Positions 40,700 to 53,175 are shown, counted from the stretch's first letter. The stretch is DNA of 64,000 nt from Carpediemonas membranifera BICM (GCA_019828565.1 JAHDYR010000064.1:124001-188000), one strand, 5' to 3'. Program-made: numbers and translations. The notes: a model not told the origin generated them from the letters alone.

Positions 40700-42271
40700 A
40701 TGGTCATCGCTCAATGGTTGCTCTTGGCGGTACTAACAACATTTGCGCTTTGTGGCACACCGATATGGTCAACATCGAAGCCTTTCACCTCAACAGTGTC
40801 GATTACCCCACATACGCTTCGAGACCTTGTCGCTGGAGACCAGTACGGTCTTAATATTGTATGATACGGCACAAGTATAGCTATTGGAGCTCGTGGGGTC
40901 GATAACAATACCGGTGCAGTCTTTGTTTCCACGTGGACGCCTGAGAAGCCGTTCATTCTCTCGTACGAGCACGAGCTGTCTGCCAGCAACGGAGCAGACG
41001 GCGATCTCTTCGGCTCTAGCCTCGCCATGAACAACAACGGTCTTCTTGTCGTCGGGGCGCCAGGTCGCGGATTCCACAGAGGATCGATCTATGCTTTTGT
41101 TTACGACAACGGCTATTGGATCCAGACCTTGTCCCTTACCGAGTGGGCGACAAGCACGGCCAGCTACGGCGCTGATATTTCCATGGATGACCATTTGGTG
41201 GTGGTGGGCTCGCCAACTTATAACTTTGGCAAGGTGTTTGTATACACGATCTCCGGAGAGACGCTCTCATTCAAAACTCGGCTGACCCAACCGAGCGGCA
41301 ACTTCGGAGTCTCCGTTGCAGTCGATTCGACCTACATCGCAGTCGGCGCGGACATGTTCATCGACCCGTACGGAGCACAAGGCGGCCTGGTGCACCTTTA
41401 CCGATTCAACGAGAAGACCGACGCTTGGGTCCTCTGGGAGCAATTTATCCATGGTGAGGAGGGTGGTTTGTATGGCCGTCGGGTGGCACTCAACTCGGAG
41501 ATGAACCTGCTGGCGATCGGGTCACCTGGCTCCACACAATGCTGTGGTCCAGACGTAGAGACACGGACAGGTATGGTCGAGGTCTACCATTGGTATGAAC
41601 AGTCTGCCAGTGGAGCTGAGACGGCGAGTTGGGGGTCGGTCATGGTCTACCCAGAGGATGGCGCGCGAGGAGACATCTTTGGCGGAGGGTCAATGGAGTT
41701 GAACGGCGATGTGCTCGTTGTGGGAGGGATGCCAAGCGACAGCGAGCGGAGAGGAGCAGTATACATGTACCGCATATCAATCGAAGAAGCAGCAAATGAC
41801 GGTAACCCCAGCGTGTCTCACGTGTTGATCGGGGTGGTCACGGATGAGGTCCTAGACCATGACAACGTCTTGTTCGGAGCAGGGGTCACAGTTGACCTGG
41901 ACGCTTGCCAGATGCTCGTCGGAGCTCCCGGTTTGAATGGGCAGAGTGGCGGTGTGTTTGCCGTATCATTTACAATGCCGGCCGAGTCCGTCCTCATGAC
42001 TACAACTACACTGGGCGTGGCATTGCTCGTGCTTGTATGCTGTGGCTTGAGCGGGGTGGGAGCCGTTGTGATTGTGGGAGCCGTTGTGGTCGTGACTTCC
42101 GGATTGGGCGCGTTGTCATTCATGGGGATAATTGTTGGTCATGGGTCACGCGCCAGGCGGCCGGAGATCATCAGCAAGATGGTTGCAGGGCTAGATAACA
42201 CTTACAGGTGCACCAAGCCGACTATTTATACTATTCCAGACATCCTGCAGAGTATCACCGGACAAAAATAA
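40700..42271 (+). CDS. FG-GAP beta-propeller type-I membrane protein with an in-frame TGA at 40862-40864 (possible pseudogene)
   Basis: Signal-like MVIAQWLLLAVLTTFALC in frame with the 41027 ORF; FGSSLA..VVGAP, FGVSVAV..AVGA repeats; hydrophobic C-terminus. Confidence 0.8.
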
Positions 42272-42389
42272 GTGTGTAAAGAGATAAGGAAACCAGAGCG
42301 TCGGCCCGATAGTTTATCGCTGCGGGGAATGCTCGAGGTTCTACCCGCTAGGTTGATTCGGCAAGCACAATTCGGTCTTGGGTCATGCG

Positions 42390-44816
42390 TCAGCTCGCGG
42401 CAAGGAGGCGCCGCTCAACCCACTCGAGGCCGCAGACTTCGCCAAGGAACCCAGTGATACTGTCCAGATCTGGAGATTGTGAGCTAATCAAAGCATCGAG
42501 GAATCCTGCCCAGAAAGATCGCCCAGTCTCGACCATCCCTTGCGCTGACAGATTCACAAGAACTCGAACAAGCTGGGAAGATTCAGTAGGCTGCTGAACA
42601 ATCAAAGATCTGACTGTATCTGGCAGAGATCTTGCGGTCGAGAGGGCAGATACGGCCTTTGCCCACTGGACATCTTCGAGACCCTTGAAAATGTAGGAAA
42701 TCAGCAGAGATTGGAGCGATACAGAAGATATCGCATCAAATATCGACCAGAATGAATCAGTAATCTTCGATGCGAATGGACCAGTAAGATAATCCGCGAA
42801 AACCGACACAAATAGTCTCGAACAGGCAGAGACGAAGGAGTTCGCGACCGGCTTGGCCACAGCGCACTCAGTCATCTTCACAAGCTCGTCTGTCGATCGA
42901 TTCCTAATGACATTGGCAATAATCATATCGCCCAAACTCACTGGTTCGAATTGAACGATTGAATCAGAGTGGGCAGCAACCATCTTGGGGAGAGTGCCTG
43001 GGGAGAATATTGGACCGACGAGCGGGCACGCGGGATCAATGATTGGATAACATAGCGCTAGATCCGATGAATCTATGAGTGACTCTGGATCTGGCAAAGA
43101 TCCGTCTTCCGCGATGGGTATGAGCATCGATAGGGTGTCGGGTCGCTTGTCATAGCGATGCCGGGAAAGCACCACGGCATGTGCCGGAATACCGAGTTGC
43201 CGGATACTTTTTGCCGGAATAAAAACGAGTTCTGTTACCGAGCTGGCGAGGATGGTTGGCTGAGCGAGATTGGCGCAGACCGCAATCACTGTGCCAGATT
43301 GTGTGTGGGCGATCACGGTTGGGTTGGTCGCCCCAAGCACAGCGATAGACTCAAGCTGATGGATAGATTTGAGCTGATATGCAAATATTGTCGAGATTGT
43401 CTCGCTTTCGATCTGATACAAAATGATAGAATAAGCCTGAAGATACGTTGAATATACAGCCCAAGCGACTAGATCATCGCTTGTAGCCACAATTGTAGTC
43501 GGGAAGCAGAATGGGGGCAGGGTGTCAACCCCAAGCGTCACCCCAGTCGCGTCCATCAACGCCACGGTCAGCCCACTGCCTGCCTGCGGCCCCACGGTCG
43601 CCTCCGCCCTGCTGACCGTCTCCGTAGCTTCTGACACACTCCTGAGCCTCAGCATCAAGGCCCGATTGCCCACACGAGTGGCCCAGAACGCCCTGTCCGG
43701 CGTTGTTGACCACACAGCTCTGGGGTTTCTGGTGTGTGTGCCGTAGTGTGACAAGGCTGTGATAGTGTGGGTAGTTGGATCTTGTGTCGCGTGATACAAG
43801 GAGACTTCGGCTTCGAATACGACTTCTGAGTGAAATGTGGGTCCTGCGGAAAAGGAGACCGAGCTTGGCGACACCATGAGTGGGCCTATAATGGTATACA
43901 TAGGCACCATGTAAACGAGTCTCATATTATAAAAAAGCACCGAGTTCCCGCAAAACTGCACCTTCGGACAATGGAAAGGGAGTGTCAACGTGGCCAATGG
44001 AACGAGCGCGTGTGACAGGATTGTGACACTCGTCCCGCTAGACACTACCAACCCGAATGGTACGGGTGCCATGGTTTCTATCGGGCCTGCGTGTGTGTAT
44101 TTGGCGAGTGGTTGCATTGTTTCGACCAGACGTGTAGTGATTGTCTGGCCTCGAGCTGCAGCGACTATATGGCCTCCGCAAAGGAGTGCCAGCCTGTCTA
44201 CAGGCAGAGCCTGTGCTGATTTCCCCGGCTGAATGATCACAATACGTCGATCGGCGGGACTCTGGAGGGTTGCGATAACAGCTCTGCCGGCAGAGGCAAC
44301 ATCGACTATGGAAGCGGGTCGACTCTTCACCATGGTGGACAGGTCGTGCAAAAGGGTGGGTACTAGGTCATTGACACCAACACGGGCGATGGTTACGTTG
44401 GTGCCAAAGTGAAGCGTGCCTGCAATTCCAGTGCTGATTGCGGTGACGTCGGGGAGAGAGCTGCGGAACCGGATGGGGTTCATCGTGCACTTGTCAGGCT
44501 CAGAGGTGCTGAAGACGACCGAGAGGACCTTCACGTTCTTTCGTTCATGGATTGCGAGCAGGCGCCCTGAATTCAGCGCTCGGACGGCTCTAGGATCCCT
44601 GATGCCGTGCTTATGCACAGCAAGCTGATTCAAACAGCCCTGGCGGATGGAATAGATGTGTACAGCCTTGGGCGAGAGCGCCGTGATGAATTCGTCGCCA
44701 ACATGGTTATGAACGACGCATGTGTCAATAATCTGCGTTGATAGAGTAGCATGTATGTGGTTTTCGATTGAAGTTGGTACTGCTTTACCCATGGCCAACT
44801 TTTCAGCCGCTGGCAA
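42390..44816 (-). CDS. Hypothetical protein (beta-rich N-terminus, helical C-terminus)
   Basis: 808-aa ORF; no diagnostic motif. Confidence 0.7.
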   Translation of the reverse strand: MPAAEKLAMGKAVPTSIENHIHATLSTQIIDTCVVHNHVGDEFITALSPKAVHIYSIRQGCLNQLAVHKHGIRDPRAVRALNSGRLLAIHERKNVKVLSVVFSTSEPDKCTMNPIRFRSSLPDVTAISTGIAGTLHFGTNVTIARVGVNDLVPTLLHDLSTMVKSRPASIVDVASAGRAVIATLQSPADRRIVIIQPGKSAQALPVDRLALLCGGHIVAAARGQTITTRLVETMQPLAKYTHAGPIETMAPVPFGLVVSSGTSVTILSHALVPLATLTLPFHCPKVQFCGNSVLFYNMRLVYMVPMYTIIGPLMVSPSSVSFSAGPTFHSEVVFEAEVSLYHATQDPTTHTITALSHYGTHTRNPRAVWSTTPDRAFWATRVGNRALMLRLRSVSEATETVSRAEATVGPQAGSGLTVALMDATGVTLGVDTLPPFCFPTTIVATSDDLVAWAVYSTYLQAYSIILYQIESETISTIFAYQLKSIHQLESIAVLGATNPTVIAHTQSGTVIAVCANLAQPTILASSVTELVFIPAKSIRQLGIPAHAVVLSRHRYDKRPDTLSMLIPIAEDGSLPDPESLIDSSDLALCYPIIDPACPLVGPIFSPGTLPKMVAAHSDSIVQFEPVSLGDMIIANVIRNRSTDELVKMTECAVAKPVANSFVSACSRLFVSVFADYLTGPFASKITDSFWSIFDAISSVSLQSLLISYIFKGLEDVQWAKAVSALSTARSLPDTVRSLIVQQPTESSQLVRVLVNLSAQGMVETGRSFWAGFLDALISSQSPDLDSITGFLGEVCGLEWVERRLLAAS

Positions 44817-45006
44817 TACAGTGCTTCCGAAATCCTCTCGATATTACCTTGACCAATCGAGACACCCATATCTCACCCTAGCTGACCCCCCTGCCTCGCT
44901 GTACTGCACTGCTGCTCTTGCGTCGCCTGACCAGTTTTGCCAGATTTGACACTGCGAAGTACGAAGATGAGCCAGATGCGAACTTCATGCAGAAACGCAA
45001 AAACCC

Positions 45007-46917
45007 ATGGCTGAAGCAGCAAAAGATAAGCCATACACCAACTATACTGAAAAAACAGGCGCTTACTGTGCCTTCGTCGTCCCCACAGGCATTCGCTACT
45101 CCTACAAGCCGTACATCGATCAGATCTTGTACACCCATGCCACCTCAGACCGCAAATCGAAGGAAAGAGTGCGCCACTATCGCCATCTGAGCGCCACTAC
45201 GATGAAGCAAGCAATCCTCGATCGCCGCCGCCTGTACAGCGCGAACCACGTCGAGCGTGCTCTCACCATCGCCCGCCGCGTCCACACCTACCGCGCCCTC
45301 CGTGAGCGTGAGCGCCGCATGGGCGTGCTAGACGTCGACATCACTCCGTGGGCCGTCTCGTGCGGCACGAAGGCCAAGCGCGAGGAACTCGCCAAGCGGG
45401 GCTGGTCCCTTCAGTTCCTAGACCCCCTATGGAAGGAAGGCCAGGCTGCATACCGCCGCAAGACCCGCCTGCGGTGGCAGACCAACAAGATCCGCGAGCA
45501 CCTCTTCCACGTGGACGAAGTCTGCCGCGCCAAGGCCCTCGAACGAGCCCACCGCGCCTTCATCCGGGACGCCAACATCATCGAGGTCCCCACCGCATGG
45601 TTTACTACCAACGCCGCGCTCCCTTCTGTCGAACTCCTTGCTCGTCTCTCCATGACCCCCCGCCGTCCCACACGGGCTCAGCTCAGAGCACGCCACACGG
45701 CTGCCGTGCACCGTAGAGAGAGCGCGCTTCGCGAGGTCCGAACTAAGGCACATACTCAGACCGCGAAGGCCGCGGACATAGCTTCGCGCATGAGGCGTCA
45801 GCGCGCCCTCGAGGCTCGTCGTATCACCATCTCGGTCTCCAGATCTCGCACACGGCCCAGCCCTCGCCTCCACGCCCGTCTGACTTTCCAGCTCAGGCCC
45901 AGGTCATCATTCATTCATTCATCATTCCTCGCCTCATTCAGAGCCAACCAAGCCCGCAAGCAGCAGATCGCCGCCAAGACCGCCTTTGCCCGCAAGGAGA
46001 TCGCCAAGGTCGATCATATACAACACGAGCGCCTTGTGGCTGCCCAGAAGGCCTATCTTCTCGACGTTACCGGCCTCTTCAAGAAGCCCTGGCCTCGCTC
46101 CAGAGCCAAGCCGGCCGTCCAGCGCCGCCTCGAGACTAGAATCAGGACCATCCGCCCAGCCACCTCTCTCCAGATCTACCACGCCAACCAGCGCAGAGGC
46201 AACATCATCTTTGCACGTCAGTGGGCCTGCCGCCGACACTGGGCGCGTGTCCGCGTTATTTCCACCAAGTACCGCGCCGGCCGCACTCGTCGGCCTCGGG
46301 GTGGGGTGACCTGGACCGTACCCAACCCAGAGCCTGTCAGGTCGAGGCCAAGGCTTGAGGCTAGGCTCCGTGCTAGACCAGAGGCTAAGCTCGCAGGTAC
46401 GTACCACGTGATGCAGCAGATTGCGTCGCTCCGTCGGGCTCAGATCGCGGAGCTTCAGCGCCAGAGGATCGAAGGACATGTCCTGCGGGGCCAGAGGAAC
46501 GTTCGTGCCACAAGGCTTGCTCAGGAGGCCGCCATCCAGCGTCTTGGGGAGACTATCGAGATCGAGCAGTCCTTTGTCTCCTCCTGCCGCGACGCCATCA
46601 TGCGTGACCGTATGATGCTTGCCAGAGTCGCCTCGATTAAGCTCCAAGAAGCTCGTCGCCGCAAGGCTCTGCACGAGGATTTGGCGTATCGTACTATGGT
46701 CCAGCAGGTCGACCTCAGACTCAAGCTCGCAGATATCCGTAAGCGTGCTCTTGCCCGGCAGCGCAGGATGAGGCTCCGTGCGAGCGATCTGCACGCTAGA
46801 CGGGTGCGGCTCCGTCGTTCGCTCAGGGTCAAGGGAGCGGGTGTAATTGGTGCAGCGGCTGACAAGGCGATCGCGGCGTCGTTGGAGGAACCCGTGTTGG
46901 GTGCCAGCATCAGATAG
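45007..46917 (+). CDS. Hypothetical very basic Arg/Ala-rich helical protein
   Basis: 636-aa ORF with loosely repeated P..RL.ARL segments. Confidence 0.7.
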   Translation: MAEAAKDKPYTNYTEKTGAYCAFVVPTGIRYSYKPYIDQILYTHATSDRKSKERVRHYRHLSATTMKQAILDRRRLYSANHVERALTIARRVHTYRALRERERRMGVLDVDITPWAVSCGTKAKREELAKRGWSLQFLDPLWKEGQAAYRRKTRLRWQTNKIREHLFHVDEVCRAKALERAHRAFIRDANIIEVPTAWFTTNAALPSVELLARLSMTPRRPTRAQLRARHTAAVHRRESALREVRTKAHTQTAKAADIASRMRRQRALEARRITISVSRSRTRPSPRLHARLTFQLRPRSSFIHSSFLASFRANQARKQQIAAKTAFARKEIAKVDHIQHERLVAAQKAYLLDVTGLFKKPWPRSRAKPAVQRRLETRIRTIRPATSLQIYHANQRRGNIIFARQWACRRHWARVRVISTKYRAGRTRRPRGGVTWTVPNPEPVRSRPRLEARLRARPEAKLAGTYHVMQQIASLRRAQIAELQRQRIEGHVLRGQRNVRATRLAQEAAIQRLGETIEIEQSFVSSCRDAIMRDRMMLARVASIKLQEARRRKALHEDLAYRTMVQQVDLRLKLADIRKRALARQRRMRLRASDLHARRVRLRRSLRVKGAGVIGAAADKAIAASLEEPVLGASIR

Positions 46918-47024
46918 ATACAGAATCGGATTTGTAAATATGCGTCATGGCGGCTTGGGCGTTAAGTGATGCAGACGGACCTGTAATGGCAGGGTATAAT
47001 AATAAGTTGTTTTAAAGTTTAAAA

Positions 47025-47709
47025 TCAGAGCAGTCCGCTAAATACAATAACGGCGACGTTCTCCGAGGTATAGTCAGGATGAAGCTCGCTGGGGTCCAGC
47101 TCTCGCCAGTGCTTGAACACCTTTGGCCCTCTAGTGTGGAATATCTTCTCTCCCTCTGTTCCCCGGTACCAATGGGCGGCTATCCCGACAGCTTTAGGCG
47201 AATGCTGAATCATTCCAATCAAAACATCAATCAAAGGGTCGACCAAATGCTCATAGTAGAAAGTCTCTGCACACAACAGCAGGTCGGCCTTGGGGAGGGC
47301 CGTGACATTGTCCTGGCCCCATACGAAGGGCTGGGTGTGCACCTCGCCACCACTACGGGCGGTAAGCTTGCGGACAGCGGCGAGGTTGCGTGTTATGTTC
47401 TCTTGGGCACGCTTGGTGACATCGGGTAGGTCTGTGGCGATTGCATGAGCGCCGAGGGCTCCGCTGAAGATCGTTGTGATCGCGGAAACGCCGCAGCCGA
47501 ACTCAACGGTTTTCATGCCCTTCATGGACTTGTATTTGAGAGGAAGATAGTTTGCAAGCACAAATGAGGCATCCCAGAGGGTGCCGCCAACGTTTCCGTC
47601 CCCGGCGAGCGCATCTGTCTGTTGGAAGGCCATTTGCTCTCCAAGGACATCGACCTTCATCGAATCGAGCCATCTTTCACGATATGAATCCCATCCTCTT
47701 TCTTTCATA
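47025..47709 (-). CDS. Seven-beta-strand lysine methyltransferase (METTL21/Methyltransf_16 family); start uncertain
   Basis: GGTLWDAS..LA.YL, VEFGCG, ATDL, WG, DLLLCAETFY. Confidence 0.85.
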
Positions 47710-48110
47710 ACAGTGCCAACCGCTCTTTTGGGCCTTCGCTCGTTGCAACTTTCTGCTTCGGGCAGGATAAGACACGCTCCGCTCCTGGGCTTTAAGCCCG
47801 GCCGAGCCGCTGACAGTGTTGGACCGGTTACGTAATACATGCAATGCACATACATAAATCGATAAGACACGTGATCTGAGACTGAGGCTGAGGCTGAAAA
47901 GACAGAAAAGTGACGTATATTGCTTCGTGTGGTTCACATTTGTCTGATCAGCGGGTCTGGACAACTTTCGCTCGATATCCACATTGCCTATGCCTGCCTA
48001 TATGATCGTATTTCGTTTCGGTCTATTTACCAAATTATTGGCGCAATTTCTCTGAAAAAAAATATTATACTCGCGGCTCATTTTGTTGACTTGTAGTCTT
48101 CGAGCGCGCG

Positions 48111-48148
48111 TTTCGCAAGAGGCGTGGGTTCGAGTCCGAGTAGTGACA
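48111..48148 (+). pseudogene. 3' half of a tRNA-Leu/Ser-like sequence
   Basis: Variable-arm-like TTCGCAAGAG, GCGTGGGTTCGAGTCC (B-box), 3' TAGTGACA; T-stem broken and 5' half absent. Confidence 0.4.
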
Positions 48149-49322
48149 GTGATGAGACAAAGCATATGCCTGAGGTAAGCTGGGCCGTTAATTCGGTGAG
48201 CTGGCCGATGCAGACAGCCAAGCTCTGAGTCCTTTTGTCACGCCCGATGAACGGGCCATCTGACCCGCTACGCTTGTACTAAATCCAACGGGGGAAGAAT
48301 ATTTATTCAAGAACCCCTGGTTTCACTGTGTAAATATTCGGTAACTCACCGTCGGCCGTTGAACTAAGTAAGTTACGAAGGTACCTCACTTACCACGAGG
48401 CGGACGCCGAATTGGCGCGGTCTTGCAGCTTCGCGCTGCAATTCTTCGACCATCTGTCAGCATAAACTGCACCGACAGACGTTGACCGTGGCGCACTAAC
48501 TTTCGTCAGCCGCCGCCACTGGCCGTCGCCCGGGCGACAAATTGCTGGGGTACTACCCGATGCTTATTGTTGTCATGCGTGAGAGCAACGTGATTGCTCA
48601 GGCCCTGTTGCAACATGAGTAACAGAAAAGACGAGATCTTGAACTTGATGAATTGTGACTTTAGAGCTGGACGGAGGGAGAGCTGGTAGCTGATGACGCG
48701 GGCATTCTTCACAGTCGCATCCCCCACACCCGCGGCCTTCAGCGGCCGGCAACTAGATGTCGAGGGCGATGTCGACGTGCTCGAGCGTTGGCCTTGTTGC
48801 TGATCAGCTGCGCCGAGCAGCATTGGTCCAGACATCGCTACCGGCCCCATGAGCCCCTGTTCGTGGACCCGCAGCTCCCCACTCAGTTGGGTTCCGGCCG
48901 TATTAGACCATGGCGAGCCGCTGGAACACGAAGCCTTGCGCCATGTTGGGAGGATCTGCGCCCACCTGCGGGTTGGATAGATCACACGGGCTCCGATACC
49001 GTCGCTGGAGGACGTTCTGGGGAACTACATGAGAAAACAGAGGACGCCGGCCAGAAGATCCTGTTCCCGGGAACGAGAAACGCCGACAAATTAACAATTA
49101 CAGCTATAGGTAAGCTATACTATGGCTCTGTAACAATCAGTAGTGCATCAAAGCTACAGATGCGTACAGAGCTACACAATCTGTGTCTTAAAGTGCGGTG
49201 GCCAGGGCGGAGACACAGCCGTTGGGGTAGAACTGCTCCACTGTGCTTGACAGGGCCTCGAATGCCCGAGTAGACCCTCTCAGCGCCAGACCATAAACTG
49301 CACTGCGCTATCACGACGATAG

Positions 49323-52248
49323 ATGCAGGAGGTTGATGCAAAGATCACTGCTATGCGTGATTTGATGAAACTGAGGGCCCGCCGTGCCCGGAGTGAGAAG
49401 AGAAAGGCCTTCCACAACCTTCTGAGCGAAGTCGGCGAGCATGCGCTTCCAACGGACCAGTATGAGCTTCTTTACACCGACAACCACGGCCAAAAGATGA
49501 CGAAGAAGGAACGTGCCGACCACGAGCGTCGTATCGCTTCCCACCAGCGCGAACAGCTTGGCCTGAACAAACGGGCCCGCACCGACGCCGAACCACCAGC
49601 ACTCCCCGAGTATCTCTTCGAGAAGCCGCAGAACGAGCCCCGCGAGATCTCTGAGGAAGACCTGGAAGAATATGAGTCCACGGATTCCGAATCCGACGGC
49701 CAGACCGCCCCCGCCGTGCTGTGGCCCGAGACAGCCCGAGAGCTGAAGCATCCAGAGTGGAATGCCCGCATGGACGCGGTAGAAAGGGATGAGCATGGTC
49801 ATGCCGTCATTAGCCACGGGAGGAAGCTCGACTCAGTCAAGCTGGGCGACACCTTCCAGCACAAGCTCCGCGAGGACCTGGAGAAGTACATGATCCCTCG
49901 GGACATCGACTCTGAGGCCGAGCAGGCAAGAATGAAGCTCGACGTTGTGATGGGGGAGACCAACATCACGAGAGCCCTCGACGAGCACGACGTCGTCGTC
50001 CTGACCTCGGAAACGGGCTCAGGCAAGAGCACGCAGGTGCCACAGATCCTGTTCGAGGCAGGCTACGCCGCTAACGGCATGATCGGGGTCACCGAGCCCC
50101 GCCGGGTCGCGGCAATCAGTCTCGCGCGCCGAGTCAAGGCAGAGATGGCTCTATGCACTCAACCCGACCTCGTAGGCCACAGCGTCCGCTTCGACAAGTC
50201 CCTCTCCGATCAGACCCGCATCCTGTACGCCACCGACGGCGTTGTCCGACAGATGGCGTTGTCGGCCCCGCTGCTCCCCCAGTTCTCCGTAGTGGTAGTG
50301 GACGAGGCGCACGAGAGGACAGTGATGACTGACACGCTCATAGGCTTCCTCGTTAGAGCCATCCAAGCCCGTAAGGAGGCTGGAATGCCGCACCTTAAGG
50401 TCGTGATCATGTCGGCGACCATCCAGGAAGAGGTCTTCAAGACGGTGTTCGCAGCACACGGGGCCACCGTGGCATGCGTGTCTATTGTTCCAGCGAAGAA
50501 CCCACACAAGGTGGTAGTCAAGCCGCCGGCCACGCTCAACAACGAGAAGCTGAACTTCGGCGATAGCCTAGAGAAGCTCAAGGAGCTCCAGGCGAGGCCC
50601 AGAGAGTTCTCGGGGTGGGTCGCTGATGCAGTGTCAAGTATAGTTGCCAAGAAGGTCAGAGACCGCTCGAGAGGAGCCGATGACCCAACCTACGTGCCCA
50701 AGACCATCCTCGCCTTCCTCCCAGGCCAGGGCGAGATCCTCGAGGCCATCATACTCACTGCCGAGAAACTAGGCGCTGAGGGCGACGAGGGGGCATTTGA
50801 CGAGACAATGGAGGACTCAGACGACGAAACAGAGACACCTACCCCCGCGGGTCGACTCATACGCACGAGACAGGCCAGGGCCGAGCTCCTGCCCCTCTAC
50901 GGCACCCTGAGGCCGGGCCAGCAGGACCGGGTGTTCGCCTGCCCTCGTCGACGGGGTGGCGGCTGCGAGGGTTGTATTCGCCACCAACATCGCGGAGACG
51001 TCTCTTACCATCCCTGACGTCGACCTTGTAGTCGACTCTGGAGTCGAGAAACGTGCAGTTTTTGACCCACTTTCTGAACGGACTGAACTCAAGCTAGTCA
51101 AGATCTCAAGGATGTCTGTAGAGCAGCGCAAGGGCCGTACTGGCCGCACATGTAACGGTGAGGTCATACACATGTACGCTGACTACCAAATAGACCGTAT
51201 GGAGCCCGCCCCGCCCGCCCAGGTCGAGCATTCGTCGCTGCTGGACACCGTGGTGTTGCTCCGAGCTCTCAGGATCCGCCCCGAGGAGTTCGCATTCCCG
51301 GGTGGGGTGCCTTCAGGTCTAGCAGCAGCGAGCGAGACATTAGACAACCTCTTGGCCATTGTCTCACTGGGAAAGAAGGCCTCTGCCCAGTCGGCCGAGG
51401 AGAAGGCCAAGGTTAAGAGAATGAAGCGTGCTGTCGTCAAACGCGTCGCTGCCTTCCCCATCAAGCCGAGAGCAGCCCTGTTCATCTCTGTCGTCGTCAG
51501 CTCCATCACCAGAGAATCTAACGCCGCCAAGCTCGACTATCTCCGGGCCGCACTCACCCTTGCTGCTGTACTTGCCGTTGACAAGCGCCCAGAGACCTTG
51601 TGGTGCGGCGTGTCAGATTCCAAGCGTGCCGAGTATCTCGCAGCAGGGTTGGTCGACGAGCGGTCAGACCACTTGACAATCGCCCAAATCGTCGAGAGCG
51701 CTGCTTCGAACCCCCACCCCGCTGATCTTCTCGTGAGAGAGATCCTGAACGTCCGCGCCCAGCTTGTCCGAGTCGCTGTCGACCAGCATGCCGTCGTCTT
51801 GCCCAAGCTGGGCGAAGTGACCGACGACCCTGCCGCACTCGCCCGTGCTCTGGCGCTGACACCCCCGAATAACCTGCTGAAGGATGGTTCGAGAGGATTC
51901 AAAGCGATGCTCCGTGGATTAATATTGTGCACTTTTAGGGACACTGTTGCCGTCCGGGGTAAGAAGACCCAAGCCGACTGGACGTACAGGTTTAGTAGGA
52001 TCGACGGCCACCGTTTTGTTCGTATTCACAACAGCTCTCCGCTTGCAGGGCTTGCTAAGGAAAGTGGGGATGCTTTACCCAAGTATGTTACTACTGACCC
52101 GACGTCAGTGTTTGCCCCCAACAAGGCCGTGTTCCTGAACATGGTCACGGTGGTGGACAAGGCGCAGGTGGAGAAGTACTGTGACGCTAGGCTGGTGAAG
52201 GCGTTACGGAAGGAGGTTGGGGTTGACCCCAAGAAGCACCGCGGATAA
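49323..52248 (+). CDS. DHX37: DEAH-box RNA helicase, DHX37/Dhr1-like; frameshift near 50935-50955
   Basis: ETGSGKSTQVPQILFEAGY, TEPRRVAA, DEAHER, MSAT, FLPG, LPLYG in frame 1; ATNIAETSLTIP, QRKGRTGR in frame 2. Confidence 0.8.
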
Positions 52249-52380
52249 ATATTTTATTGTTATTCTGGGCATGGCTGTGGCTAGCTTGGAGTGTGGCGGG
52301 GTTGTCTGCTTGCTGGGGTGGCTCAGAGAGCTCTTCGCATCTTTAAGGATTGGTAGAGCGCTCGTCGACAAAGCTTGTTA

Positions 52381-53175
52381 ATGAGCCTCGAAGAGCCGCC
52401 AGAACTAACAGCGTTGCGCAGAATGCTGATGAATGAACGCAAGAAGTCGCAAGATTGCTCTCTCGCCCTTCTTCATAAGGAAGACAAGATCAAAGCCCTA
52501 GAACGCGAGCTTAACGACGCCAAGGCAACAATTCATCGCCTCATCGATGAAAACAAGCGCCTTCAAATCAAAGCAGGCATGGCCAGTGCCGTTACCCCGT
52601 CCCTACCGACGCCCCCGTCCTCCAAGCTCGGCCTTGCCATCCGCAGCGCCCTGTCTCTTTCAGATAAGGCAGCCACAGCCGGCCAGAACCTCACTCCAAC
52701 CCGCACGAGTCGGTCCAACTCCACCTTGAGTGCGGCCGACTCACTTATGGGCCGTTCGTTCGAGGACGTTGAAGAGGACGCCATCCGCCCTAGGACGCCC
52801 AGGACAAGCCACCCAACCACCCCTGAGCGAGCAGACAGACTTCTACAGACACCTTCAAGTGCATTTTCGACCTCTGGACCAATCGAACTCCCTTCAGTCG
52901 ACATCCTCAAGGAACTAATCAGATCCGAGCTCGTAAGAAACGGCCTCGGGACGCACGCGGCCATGGGAAGCGAGGACTCGGCCGCCCAGGCAGCCCTGCT
53001 CTCCCTGGCTGATGATGGGGAGGACGCCGAGTATGCTTCTGTTGCAGAGGGGCTTGAGCGGAAGATCAAAGCTGGCGCAGTTCATCTCACGCCGAAGCCC
53101 GAGGACTGGAAGTACAAGTCCCCTGTAAGGCGTGTGAAGAAGGCGAAGAAGGGGCCGAGGCGAGGTACTGGCTGA
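52381..53175 (+). CDS. Hypothetical protein (short coiled coil + Ser/Thr/Pro-rich region)
   Basis: ORF of about 264 aa filling the intergenic gap. Confidence 0.65.
   Translation: MSLEEPPELTALRRMLMNERKKSQDCSLALLHKEDKIKALERELNDAKATIHRLIDENKRLQIKAGMASAVTPSLPTPPSSKLGLAIRSALSLSDKAATAGQNLTPTRTSRSNSTLSAADSLMGRSFEDVEEDAIRPRTPRTSHPTTPERADRLLQTPSSAFSTSGPIELPSVDILKELIRSELVRNGLGTHAAMGSEDSAAQAALLSLADDGEDAEYASVAEGLERKIKAGAVHLTPKPEDWKYKSPVRRVKKAKKGPRRGTG

Noticed and set aside
40859-40880. GTATGA...AG as an intron removing the FG-GAP stop
   Set aside because: Nearby AGs give lengths that are not multiples of three and there is no branch motif
48506-49273. ORFs of about 160 aa on both strands
   Set aside because: No motifs, overlap each other, atypical composition
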